64,000 nucleotides of DNA from Guillardia theta CCMP2712 (lineage: Eukaryota > Protista > Cryptophyta), in assembly GCF_000315625.1 (NCBI RefSeq), contig NW_005434639.1:124001-188000 (forward strand), given 5' to 3'. Below, one piece after another: positions 24,001 through 26,915 of the stretch. Each line of letters opens with the position of its first letter. Positions within the stretch are counted from its first letter, which is position 1. The notes beneath the pieces were generated by a model. That model made no database searches, was not told where the DNA came from, and saw only the letters and a list, made by a program, of their open reading frames with translations. Position numbers and translations under genes: made by a program.

Positions 24001-26050
24001 CCCAGGTTGCAGACAAATAAACGTAGTTGATAGTATTTACAACGATCTGAATCATAGACCTTCTCTCGAAATTGTTCTCGAGGGAATACTCAGCAAAGAA
24101 ATCCGGCAGCTGCATTGACAACACATCTCCCTTAACCAACTTCATCCCATTGCTGAAGACCAGCTCAAGCTGGACTATTGAACCAGCTGAAGGTGACTCT
24201 GGTATATACGCCAACCTGGCGTAGGTAGAAGTAGCAAGTAGAGCCCCGACTGGCTCGACATACCAAAGAGGGGTAGAATACACCGGCCCTGCCTTGGCGT
24301 TACAGGAGATGAAAAATGTTTGCTGGTTCAATGAGATGGCTTTCTCCGGCAGAGTGAGGCCAGAGGTGGAGGAGATGAAGGCATGAACTGATCGATTTGC
24401 CTCCAGCACTTTCCCGCAGTTCACCACAAACACCAGGCGCTGATCGGGGTAGGTCGCCGACCATGCAGCATAGAACCGCGGATCGCTCACGCTCCCCATG
24501 TCGAACACATCGGACTGGGGGATGATACCCTCAGGGCCCTTGAAGCCCGGCAGATAGAACTCGATCAGCTCTCCCTCCTGAATGCTCATGAGAGGAGTGA
24601 ACTGAAAATGAATGTCCACTCGCTCCCCGGCTGTCGGGTTGTCGTACGACATGCTGGTGTAGGAAAAAGCGCCGACTGGCGTCAAGATATCAAGAGATCT
24701 TGAGACAACAGGGCCGTAGATAGCGTCCGTCGTCAGCTGGACTCCCTGGAAGTCCGATGGAAGGCCTGTTGTAGGGAGCGCAAAAGAGTTTTGAGAGCTC
24801 ACAAAAATGTCACTGCGCAAGCCTGCCAAAACAAGGTACTTAGCAGTGAACACGAGAATGTTAGAATCTCGATGCCACTTGGCCTGATCAAACTGATCGT
24901 TCTGAGTTGTGATGCTTTGATTCTGGTCAGCTACTCGTCTTGAGAATCCTGGCAGATGAAGAGCAATGTGTTCTCCAGGAAGAATATCGCGATTGTGTAT
25001 GAATTTCAAGGAAATAGAGACGATATCCCCGGCAAGAATAACATCTGGAGATTGGCCAGCGAACTGAAACCTGTACTCCTCAAAGGATCCGATGGCAGGC
25101 GCAGCAGCGACAGTTGGAAAGACTGGACCTTGAGAGGCATTCGTTTCCACCAAGACCCTAGGATCATGCAACAATATTCCATCCTGACCTATCGCTATTC
25201 CCGCCGACTGTGGAACAAAGATCCTGCAATGCAGCAGCGCCGGCAGGAGAAAACTTGTAGAGGCAGGCATATAAACGCTAAGAACGCTGCTCATACTCCA
25301 ACTTGAGCGAAGTATAGTACTGACAGTCAGTAGACCTTGCGCGTTCGAACAATTCAATTCAACGAGGGAAAACTGAGATGTGTAACATGGATAACCTTTT
25401 TGACATGTGAAACTAGGAAATGAGACCCTGATCATATCATTCGCAATCATATTCATCTGGGCAATGAACGAGACGTCTATCCCAACCATTCTTCCTGCAA
25501 CCCTCTCCGTAAAATCAACCTTGAGGGTGTCCGTGAACGAACCAATCTGCAGCAGAGGTGTGTTCACAGGAACCGAGGGCCCGCCATTCTGCGCGTTTGT
25601 GTAGTAAGTACCGAAGGAGTTGATTCGAACTCCTTCCTTGGGAGCACTGATGCCCGATGTCGCTGGGATCAGCACGCTGTAATCGCGACCATTGGCCGTT
25701 ATTTGAGTGCATGTGAGGACAAGAGTGCTCTCTGCCTCTACCCAGTCCGCTTCTGCGAACTCTGCTGTGCCAAGCTGGATGGTCCCCGTGGAGTTGCGGA
25801 AGAAGTTAGGCAGCGTGACCCAGATCTTGTCTCCAGGGAGCAGACCGCCGCAACCAAAGCACATCTTGAACTTCAAGGTGAAGTTCAATGGCTGCGCTGA
25901 ATACGCTCGTGTATAATCGACGGTAAGGTATTGAATCGCTACTTGATCTCTGAGGCCGAAGAAAGAAACTTCTGACGATTTCATCCCTACTCCACTTGAG
26001 GTGAACGCTTGAAATAGGACAAGGATGCCACTCAGAAGCCATCTCTTCAT
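2..26050 (-). CDS. Giant secreted/surface protein (>=8,683 aa, 3'-partial) made of ~55-60 tandem divergent ~130-150 aa beta-rich repeats; N-terminal signal peptide
   Basis: Manual translation from CAT at 26048-26050 (first ATG after an in-frame stop at 26069-26071) gives MKRWLLSGILVLFQAFTSSGVG.... None of the minus-strand ORFs listed in 1-26050 is in this frame, which is what is expected if the frame has no stop before the window edge. Many spot-translated lines were stop-free, and the visible end (...LDPVPVIQLKKVGTFSRSYA) is still inside a repeat. Recurring motifs: VG.F, P..AG, F.P.M.I..GE.I.L.LPGF, a conserved Trp, GI.LP..G, NA..GPV; many N-x-S/T sequons. Confidence 0.9.
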   Translation of the reverse strand, partial: MKRWLLSGILVLFQAFTSSGVGMKSSEVSFFGLRDQVAIQYLTVDYTRAYSAQPLNFTLKFKMCFGCGGLLPGDKIWVTLPNFFRNSTGTIQLGTAEFAEADWVEAESTLVLTCTQITANGRDYSVLIPATSGISAPKEGVRINSFGTYYTNAQNGGPSVPVNTPLLQIGSFTDTLKVDFTERVAGRMVGIDVSFIAQMNMIANDMIRVSFPSFTCQKGYPCYTSQFSLVELNCSNAQGLLTVSTILRSSWSMSSVLSVYMPASTSFLLPALLHCRIFVPQSAGIAIGQDGILLHDPRVLVETNASQGPVFPTVAAAPAIGSFEEYRFQFAGQSPDVILAGDIVSISLKFIHNRDILPGEHIALHLPGFSRRVADQNQSITTQNDQFDQAKWHRDSNILVFTAKYLVLAGLRSDIFVSSQNSFALPTTGLPSDFQGVQLTTDAIYGPVVSRSLDILTPVGAFSYTSMSYDNPTAGERVDIHFQFTPLMSIQEGELIEFYLPGFKGPEGIIPQSDVFDMGSVSDPRFYAAWSATYPDQRLVFVVNCGKVLEANRSVHAFISSTSGLTLPEKAISLNQQTFFISCNAKAGPVYSTPLWYVEPVGALLATSTYARLAYIPESPSAGSIVQLELVFSNGMKLVKGDVLSMQLPDFFAEYSLENNFERRSMIQIVVNTINYVYLSATWVQGSHEFSISFNEDIIEASNITIVIPESFGLHVPVNGLMANQATLRLFGSFEAGPVAPQSIKISPAVPLFDSIVASFDPPAIERDLSINISLHDVATSRPRNLVEQWRLKLSGLRRASSISAFTVVGQNIDVLGSSWNPLTSEVLLTVTISTASSFRYLYISSSQQLYVPFPGLAANSFSLSLDPTHGYPIQLPINSRAIGSLQTQPQIVFTSTVVAGSPAAFEISFTASMSLAPKDRIVLNLPGFFTPVGIFDLDIYQVTAGQNSLSLTVSVGKKIDPGVKQVVQFQSQLGILFPPDGLSALTSPTIEMIAVAGYLIPTALVSTATDGSFESTRMFFNNYNLVDSSADVIITFVPQMPMAANETISIRMPSFSQPQQAFAAVSNTSLAMTWLQSSRTLLLKLEQSLQRGELVKVEVPAGTGLTLPTEGVEKNWDGIQISAQLATSMVDWQPFKFVQAVGKFRNFTLDFHPRTPLAACKLDLQLESSINISIGDKVSVFLPNFTSSSSLTLSEMGTAAVQGIMTEGMNGTWDEVRGVLELVCERAAGCGRSVSESLDGILKLPGGGLEEADKRLEAMMRSSEGLVAIERESVIWSPAVPAQSSQMREKGATWVEERSKGILFNSDEIQMAGTAGKRRLLEVGGGQGFTSTRLDAYSLSGMVEVQFACLSNLSTGEEISVSMPNLFVGTSSALQDSSPLLSVKSFNVSLGRVVLRIDQDILASTLVHFKITGLVLSKVNQNYSPSISSAPRFQDQPFQNVRFFCSFSQSYPLVFASLVHYNARAGEPVELRFRVTFSDSQKHILRIHLPEISLQQATQNVTEFFLAGVYWTRIRWTEPSKVLEVFPYGVGSFQPEFAISTSYGFVLSRYGFRSIDRGIFILLDDCYRHVFDELPPVGSFNNETQVSFVDGVPGQPSRIIFNFSIAMSIQFEETIFVHIPKFLGKSSKVAYFNLSCSLDNSKSLVPSSVLWDPPFLNFTVLSDIPPSSRCLAVVEQEVNVVIPPGGVYIVDFITVATNAQDGPVLPTRVYNVLGVGRIEPVYLRYESTSSPETGLQILFSYSLPLKSGDALVLSLPGFLGEITHNVWVPGFGLASWNPLLGQLRLVLLNTAFDANTSVAIFVDSDAGIRLPLEGVSRNQPSLKIGVQSPVAYAVQVAFPESDGVGSFLNSPKLSYGNPTAGEVSSLILEFRPEMRILVDEHVGLILPGFTGGRDTFNVSSTPEGWFKVGRWYVNESRLLMTAAVVIPGPNETIQIVIPEAAEIRLRLKGLGANQQDLKILTNAIDGPIKGAIIPTSQAVGSFYEPVKKLPFLHVTYTALESPATIQFSFEPQMTIRAGEIINLTLTGFTANGNIYKFDPINDNANLYANWFNKDAVLQLVFIQDIPELSAQSLTVPSSFGIRLPPYGISTNDPRMRISCNAIYGPVPPIPIAYSNPIGVFTYKSISFDPPVAGSLVTLSVGFRLNQEIATNESVKMTWTYNRNVISECSQAFPSHPDVTVATAGNGSLYFPTALIKWSETQVVIEVLAAQVVQQDMVISFSIPSSSGIRLPKCGFNDHYDKFLIETNAKAGPANPSSMQVLNVGSFHHSVIRFDPPQIGQLASIDLAFFSSMALSKDSSLSLTLPGFQLDKADQGTAVTITATSSCCDGACQMVGQWRPLLFELQILFSSNPIVFSVDQLCNYHIQISRSELFRVSLEGLSENSSNVTLGTNSSYGKVVPLPIDKSPGIYKTGGIVESNLSFFLFGSSQLPSSNNPCGIQLSVRMKMLLVPGDIMTLRLPDFKNTTGFQPQRTCSTSKVRSLYWLEAESSLVLQVISEIEARELFIYSSCVEEQLILPEQGVRPNSVNITLSSNASAGPFPPLSLQQVTPIGALLNSSISFSPPYAAPVSRYASSPCCNDYTASCCTNYQEACNFRVNVTVKFIKYMSITPADKLLVQLCGFQRVVNCPAPPTNETSMFDLSWDAVQSQLTLIPKYTLYSTFMDFVVPSSFGLVLPLDGLYGRECLRIGTDAADGPVPLTSFPYKQRVGAFWNMSISFITSSPLATIGLTIRMRNKMPLVAKDVIVLYLPTFSGPNISCASAVGENGTLISSAWFRENSSVAFELVDSFPVDSTITIFLPSTAMIGIPKDGLSASSSIFLSTDAFFGPVLKTKIHYVPVIGWQGIFNHVSLRFGDQPSTHYPVPLLLSFSYNASLHYGDEIVLGLTRFSFPQSLVDTSTFTTEWSVRSDCSKGCGWQTVMYPIVGSALWDAANQTLTLKLVGDIEAGTEMSILIPSTAGMNLPQTGVGRQHNISIACKAQAGSTRSPFRVVDFYPVGGIDNPNITFDPLQADVYSRVLVSLDILMELNVYPDSTFVDKLLVTLTGFQGDDRCESFNATAVFPFSEACWNLTTHTLSLSVGSFIPKRTSLQFALGSNFVKLPVDGLIENYQALKISVSALDGNVLPTAFERSPAVGVFNNPVLRFSPAYAGRFTTLTMSFVAGMGMLYGETVTLHLPGFSAKPSSTTISTLSQRFAFVSWQAETSSLVFTVEYPFSKGEQIREILSSADLTLPIDGVYADSKLIRISSNARSGPVIPTPFVEGNFDPVGYFKFSRLHVAPPSTSLSVSLTISFISIVDLQPNAVVQLDLPGFTVSGAVSHHNETGPTVTSIQWNSQISRLSIVLGQVVYHDALTSIKFSAAQLIKIPAGGLAANEPSLKISCVQSVGAILPTSIMYSPGIGSNGKAVDVQLFFDQKGPIAGMISPMKIQFVANVSLFPSDTILLTLPGFSSASVNVSVLVVTDWYGGQSQETVASWMSAQSKLELNVPLELPASSLVTLSLLQGLILPQDGLPKDKIGLKLQASAVAGDIPVTDIGRWPAIGSVVSSLSFDPPRAGVSSSIIFHFTPSMTIYKDETLSLKLPGFRRSSQAQLDISPPSVFVNGSWSERDMEVRWRAAEDIAMYSALTLTIGVDQGIITPVDGIMTNDSAFTVSINASEGQVFSAPVSGVQGIGSLEQVSAFFFPKDRSMYLEISFAIKSRKVIFKDDSLILLLPFLGRASGNQQISLAGEDSASFQALWGTSSCGNGSQADQSCPCKYEEVKGFDQKFLTLSSLGNLPLGREVKLTITADSALMVDQVSMVWATSNNFLVGCSRYGDLEPINNLNLTGILSTSLNFGDKVSLSPVNFSISFESDISFDVNDTLRLHLPDFYSEGSCQDPRTLTISISGQSMKHALSACWANSTSELLMTFESHVRLLGNSSVFISSSVGMVIPQAGIRRLSCYTLQAFTSRYGNFSSCITHVVPIGNFLRSEVGFYGSVSSSSLLSGINSIGVVVQPTMTILRGESITITFYDFKNVSERADGVLPSNGTDWTVIWDENRGKMRLVANETISAFSVVVLTINVSVLIKVPIEGVRDGDTRFNINSDAQDGPVLSAPLTKIQAIGSFYNADPNKNVNIVFTPPVAYNSRSQVKTSLQASFTPTMKIAPGELVELFLPGFQATPSQFTVTSTNLRFIQASWQGSLSILSLTAQSSVVIGESVVVTVPQSVGFKIPEEGIARGKIYIKCNALDGPVPFSPVQYTPIGSFAGTSWLDYGNKRAGELSDLFFRFRASMKIFQDDFVRLSLPSFTLLPGQISVVDPQHYITRASWSTRLQILEFTVVQEIPANVSISLSVYHSESGLVLPVYGTNLNNGDIKISCTSSDGPILPTPVWQSPAVGTFLSSTTFQVIPGQVGVANVISFSFTPHLPIQQGDHVVLNLPLFERSEVYQDQIHSSEIVTVPEGFASGASWDLATNNMVLTLAKDVFQSNLKVEIKNFKLPARGLLTHTSSCGSLIDRSVLDTYLPNISTDAVLGPVLPIRIKQISPAGAFTTFGLTFAPLRAGHSVEITIVLTPTMPIESGSLFHIYLGGFNGGATSGNLVSTSNVPFSFIWDPSSEMLDLTANQCINQNVEVTLVVPESIGITLPQLGITLSAGKMNVSCSAPAAPIPPTPITDYTPVGFFYETSLRFDPPQIGSSPSITVSFVPTMNLQPNDNIVLRIPGLDGNDGASINVQVLEGPAGGINEASWSQTSPDYSFVLPVQTNIPAFTKLTLRIAQSSVTISSRGNGLNDQANTLASSATDGEVPISQAIPIEKSEEVKQYGSVNVSSIRFSKEPRAGMPTELSVVMAFDVLTYVDDSLLIKLPDFRLSNRSDLQALTLEDSERSITVSESTEGVEITFVNKVYRDPYFSFSFVIPDAAGILLPEKGVNEASFISLQGNLSAGEIQQVLFRDIQYIGYFKNNTALSYIEPMAPNSISQVPGNVQVRLELTSRLIPGDKISIILPGFSVLESPFPVIVSSSETQAVGSWNKTEEMLTFEFFADVPGNTIFTLTTNASIIMPHNGVTAGSRNFTIFSSAKYGPVPRIPPTFVTEYQLLGSFMDTTVLRFYPAKAADVSSLFFSFQAVMPLAPGELIVLKLPKFYGASVNGSVTATNGSITSASWENSTMQLIFTVDSEISAFFKVDVNISSSFGIIVPDDGIRLNQPNLGISTNAASGPVSKHPLTPFVSSQSIGSFLDSFVLSFNPPMAGAPVQISISFVPEMMLVVKDTITVYLPLFLGVSGPLCVGISSSDPARFERASWNQALESLTLTVSREISIHENISVIVPSSSGLMLPSTGLLGGIDIRQPRVAAIAVDGSIPIQPITYIQHFPRIGAFEYSHLAFDPERCSNNNISALELSFVVTMRIDEGEHVRLKLPLRGTFLESCSSCCIENFTSFSHGRVDLGDCTQPSDPGANGTGGNQSIVLPIFFVFNQSVGAREKITVRVPLPAGVYLMRDELDETSFQLSCNAKQGLILDSFPLVVSGLAPLQYPVSVRLNDSRVGYDAEVEIVMRFDVDLEPRSSVQLELHGLQRSDCNDTCQVPLAGLSAGLFSVDRVCDVTTRRTLLGCGWGIEDIADLQIADCASFLCPSYCPAPALSPTCPSESAYFSLDNPQQKVSLCQAGIGMSRCLKDGFALNAQRLDPSASCPDQIGGATAQSLSMYNSSSFLFEPYTSTVHEALWFPSNETLLLTVGRKSIPRGTLLKLYLSNFNTRIVGRSNFSTTTSLVYTSQVQCKDCRPFRHAASGPYVNNVTNSSITFNPINAGEAAAIIIAFVPAFDIVAQEYFLIHLPGFTGEAISQIAGLQGSSKDLVNIQWLPVLQRFNVTVRCGQVVKKDQLFHVEVPSSAALLLPFPGIRTRNVHEFTVTFYTSSIKPFPFYFDFVSTIGRFAYSSLHFSSPVANQSVDVIFSFTPGMDIGSGESVVFSLPEFAWEGDEVQTVSEGCEVNFSSWDPSVNEISFLVFSKIPSFQGCSIKLDRSSKFRLPTYGVPFNVFDFRVSTNSRDGAVRNARVDFVQPVGAVMESLIYFEPPIAGENVNISMQLKFSMPLFPGETFTVLLPSFQGSSLSPLSLHVEPAAKISTSSWNLTTSTLTFTVADSCAGPTILAGTRIFIKVLNASGLYLPESGVRRQQHGILITVNAAQGPVSSVSPALVRPVGSFFARLRLEERSPELRFTPTLPTTMTLFLQVPMELNNGETIRLDLPNFYSSSSEQRIIRVGSLPPEVVTSAMWDPVGQKLEFLIGANLSAHSSLTLEVLANQGLIPPKVGLEWNQSGFFISCNATDGPVLPIQVPRSNPVGMIYGSTSLDSAPYVTFEPRYAGAVANLFLRFVPTMKILEGELIILQLDSFGGDSNTNITLQFSPHLQNATWNLQTKTLVMIVSQRIDPLEVIEVVVGTDAGISLPVNGIRKQQNFTIASNAFYGPRTPVPIHVDTIGSILYGPTIRFETVLDPHLMRHLGKAGEAADIFVSLALSMDLAMRETITFPLPNFQGDSFVDFPVVSDRNLSFNVSWNASDSLIVVDSQDDVPAETLISFVLPRTLGLVIPVVGVRENQSNFWIAVASDDGPIYRSGLYSSTVYNISIAVQTEQTSFSNVFPVGSFVYPRLFLLPPVAGQYAALLMMIGVRMHIRAADEMFLEYSLIDFEAQNFTGACLYEDGTRAELVGTVDRARSLLTFVFSADVQIDTNVKIYVDPSARIKIPVGGMYPNQTSFKILTSAFNGPVPSTDLLFAQSVGIVMDTSLSYSPLIVNAVVEVEVKFTVTFDLIRGDRVFIYLHGFQRQDYSKQVEVAAAMQDVFHPDWITNCNSTGIALTVLNASVPSMQPIVVKFLWQNGIMLPHRPLRRDENVSTISVMSRNGNIPFTPILKNPPVGSFSDVSIVFSPRIYGSPTDINVSFTPNMDLSPGDVVVVKLAGFSGAVCHEFPVTSHPHKLFYHASWNPQEQTLSFNVSAAFTPVNDSSFASQNASWVFVSSSHCSIIVPKAGVGSNHTFTIRTDAKEGPVLERAILNYSFIGSVNFAGLLFLPPIAGETTTIKFVFSVNVNMNKGETILLRLQGLSGPSNSSLTLFSLPDRLFSEATWSQSLGTMRLVVNNTILPDQHVTVWIPSESGITLPATGFALNNAAFTVSFDATAGVIPYHQLVNSTQVPFAAVPIGLFSAPVCEVPVLRFELLNADRLVQLFIKICLRRPKSGYVISLILPGFVGPSLENLLISTPQPTTSFNMTWVYERSCTRVCMNNSWTNQTLAIDFPSCMPSTVLEYVSCSDTCEEHNELRLVYESAESASDMQVGLKHFDLMIPSSVGIVLPKTGIPAEWKEGAMFVYDDAMKKFAVPMRIEPLGNFMVRPEISLDAADDHSPIQLTLAFSLSFPLYEFDTIKLVLPFVTADDMQGIRVLVDGQDRMRGRWSDSQLTLTLMEGSFHTESCMQTTLFIPPENALYYKYGIEAIETTSMITVLAKYGVVENLTFPVTSLGFFSHPSFIYPVPFNPGFPCTMYLGFLAGMKLSKGSVVNFEFQNFSLSGGECFPIQSYPLGFFTFASWNHSTSVLTTTCERDLEPYKRVIVIIPSKSGLSLPPDGLSAQSNPVTISAHGAHGKFLKHAISSFPTIGSFQVSTLKWDPRPNTDTYIQFEFSPNMPLLRGEHVYVSLEGFERAGGDGEPVVESSGHYTHRQLPDSKLPTQYICSPCVSNEYQDGSSLAAGYYRGVCGKGGVELRRAMHDRIRRTHQRPAGSAASMAKLFEMERRVAEWGPVRSIYSGRVLNFSLDNSSWKFTNLWSRSMGSEPYCGEDSDSVLFPPSLDFHNRYPSEVSLNRLLHEPELYRATEGRYYNKTAMLFDMCDDSCMADFDLKVRYSSEWSVSTDLFEPPAQVRGDIARSLLYMSLRYDGEDGEANLDLKGFSPDEQTRCCFSDQSQYGCFRSDCYMGQLPTLLRWNIEDPPSEVEMMRNDLIEEYQGNRNPFVDFHQLAWLLYDPISLNSSEYLSDCGRDNSSMANATWSAASSTLRLVVNRPIGRGDHVSVMIPKSEGFKTPAFSIAGSNQSFKVWTDASSGLVYPVALKASQPVGIFALSPSLQFSTPAFANEVTDLKFGFSLDIDLIREDSLQFILPGFHVNQVAEQAEVTAACNAECVRLCSDPLRYAGALMQQCESFSFFNSSQDVCQQRCNASCTSLNDVHEGLNVTMLVTSTCAAVYISPERNFSAREQISFTVSSSYGVRLPSSGVPLSGHNITLRLLHLSPCNWTTNSSCGTLRDFYTELQGQEKFQSPAVSLPWIFIEPQSVAAFESATLSYIPRVTSQPVKLKLQFKTSVQLFAYDNIFLRLPHFQKTQESVNTEHVVFQEANLSSATNFQFVETPAENLFPFLQTNFSKCSKGFECSVQDASLVLSTFNNSNDTVAGQRVSCDSTVVGKPPALLELEALLADFVQQAGNTTLIPRVSPVVNYTVTWSTWCSTDMLVITIQPGFCFNRGDEASFEIPSSLGLMLPEAYLPENSPTLMIGTDAADGTLSMRPGSLSSGAVVSMNWVTAGKQPVVSFDPSSPGSITTIFVQFSPDQNLIPSDLITIWLYNMSGPTDLCFRPQSSIPPDVCTSTAWEARQQRLDLRISDYVNAGTQVSILIATSANIRIPLTGITVANISAETSRGFLDPVPVIQLKKVGTFSRSYA

Positions 26051-26419
26051 GATTATAGTGATCCTCTGCTATCCTCGACCCTTCATGCACTCCCTGCTCG
26101 CCTCACTAGCTCAATCATCGTCTCAAACTTACAGATCGCTCGTCTCATCAACATATCTTCTCCTCTCCGTCCTCCTCTTCCTGCGCTTCTTCCCTTTGCC
26201 TGCCTCCCCCACCATGGCATCTCCGCCATGGTCACTGAAAACGAAGGGACGTCCACCGGGTACCCCCACCCACCCCCTCAAATCTTTCACCCCATAATAT
26301 CCTCTTGGGTTCAGTATTGCCTGATACCACCGGTGGTTTGACTTGAGCTTTGGACCCCCTGTAAATTGTCAAAGGTTGTCATGGAGAAAATGAGTAGGAG
26401 CTCAAATGCGGATCTGGCA

Positions 26420-26760
26420 GTACCGAGGGAGGAAGGGAGGGGAAAGGGGAGGGGAAAGGGGAGGGGAGGAGAGGAGAGGAGGAGAAGGGAGGAAGGGAGG
26501 GAGGGAGGAGGAGTGGCGAGGAGGAGGGAAGGGAGGGTNNNNNNNNNNNNNNNNNNNNNNNNNNNNNNNNNNNNNNNNNNNNNNNNNNNNNNNNNNNNNN
26601 NNNNNNNNNNNNNNNNNNNNNNNNNNNNNNNNNNNNNNAGGGAACGAAGGGAGGAGAGGGGAGGGCGGGAGGGGAGGGGAGGGCGGGAGGAGAGGGAGGA
26701 AGGAGAGGGGAGGGAGGGGGGAGGGAAGGGTAAGAAGGAAGGGAGAGGGAAAGGTTAAGG
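26420..26760. repeat. GA-rich low-complexity tract containing a 100-N scaffold gap (26539-26638)
   Basis: Runs of ggagg/gggaa/gagag flank exactly 100 n characters. Confidence 0.95.
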
Positions 26761-26820
26761 TGAAGCTAAGGGCCTTACATCGTGCTAAGTGGAAGGTGGC
26801 TGTTGTGGAGGCAGTGAGGA

Positions 26821-26915
26821 CAGGAAGAGGAGGTTTGAAACTCTGATCTCATCATTTCAAATTACGCAGGAAGAGGAGGTTTGAAACTCTGATCTCATCA
26901 TTTCAAATTACGCAG
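26821..26915. repeat. 46-bp perfect tandem duplication covering the last codons and stop of the WD40 gene
   Basis: caggaagaggaggtttgaaactctgatctcatcatttcaaattacg occurs at 26821 and again at 26867. Confidence 0.9.

Noticed and set aside
254-26090. The many 60-295 aa ORFs listed on both strands in the first 26 kb
   Set aside because: They are antisense or alternate-frame shadows of the giant minus-strand ORF; none has recognisable motifs.
26366-26846. Arg/Gly/Glu-rich ORFs across the gap, and a resemblance to GA-rich cryptophyte nucleomorph telomere repeats
   Set aside because: Translation of an irregular microsatellite with Ns; there is no fixed repeat unit and the tract is internal to the scaffold.
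26821-26915. CRISPR-like look of the repeated gtttgaaa...tttcaaa unit
   Set aside because: Two adjacent identical copies with no spacer, eukaryotic context, no cas genes, and it overlaps a coding end.
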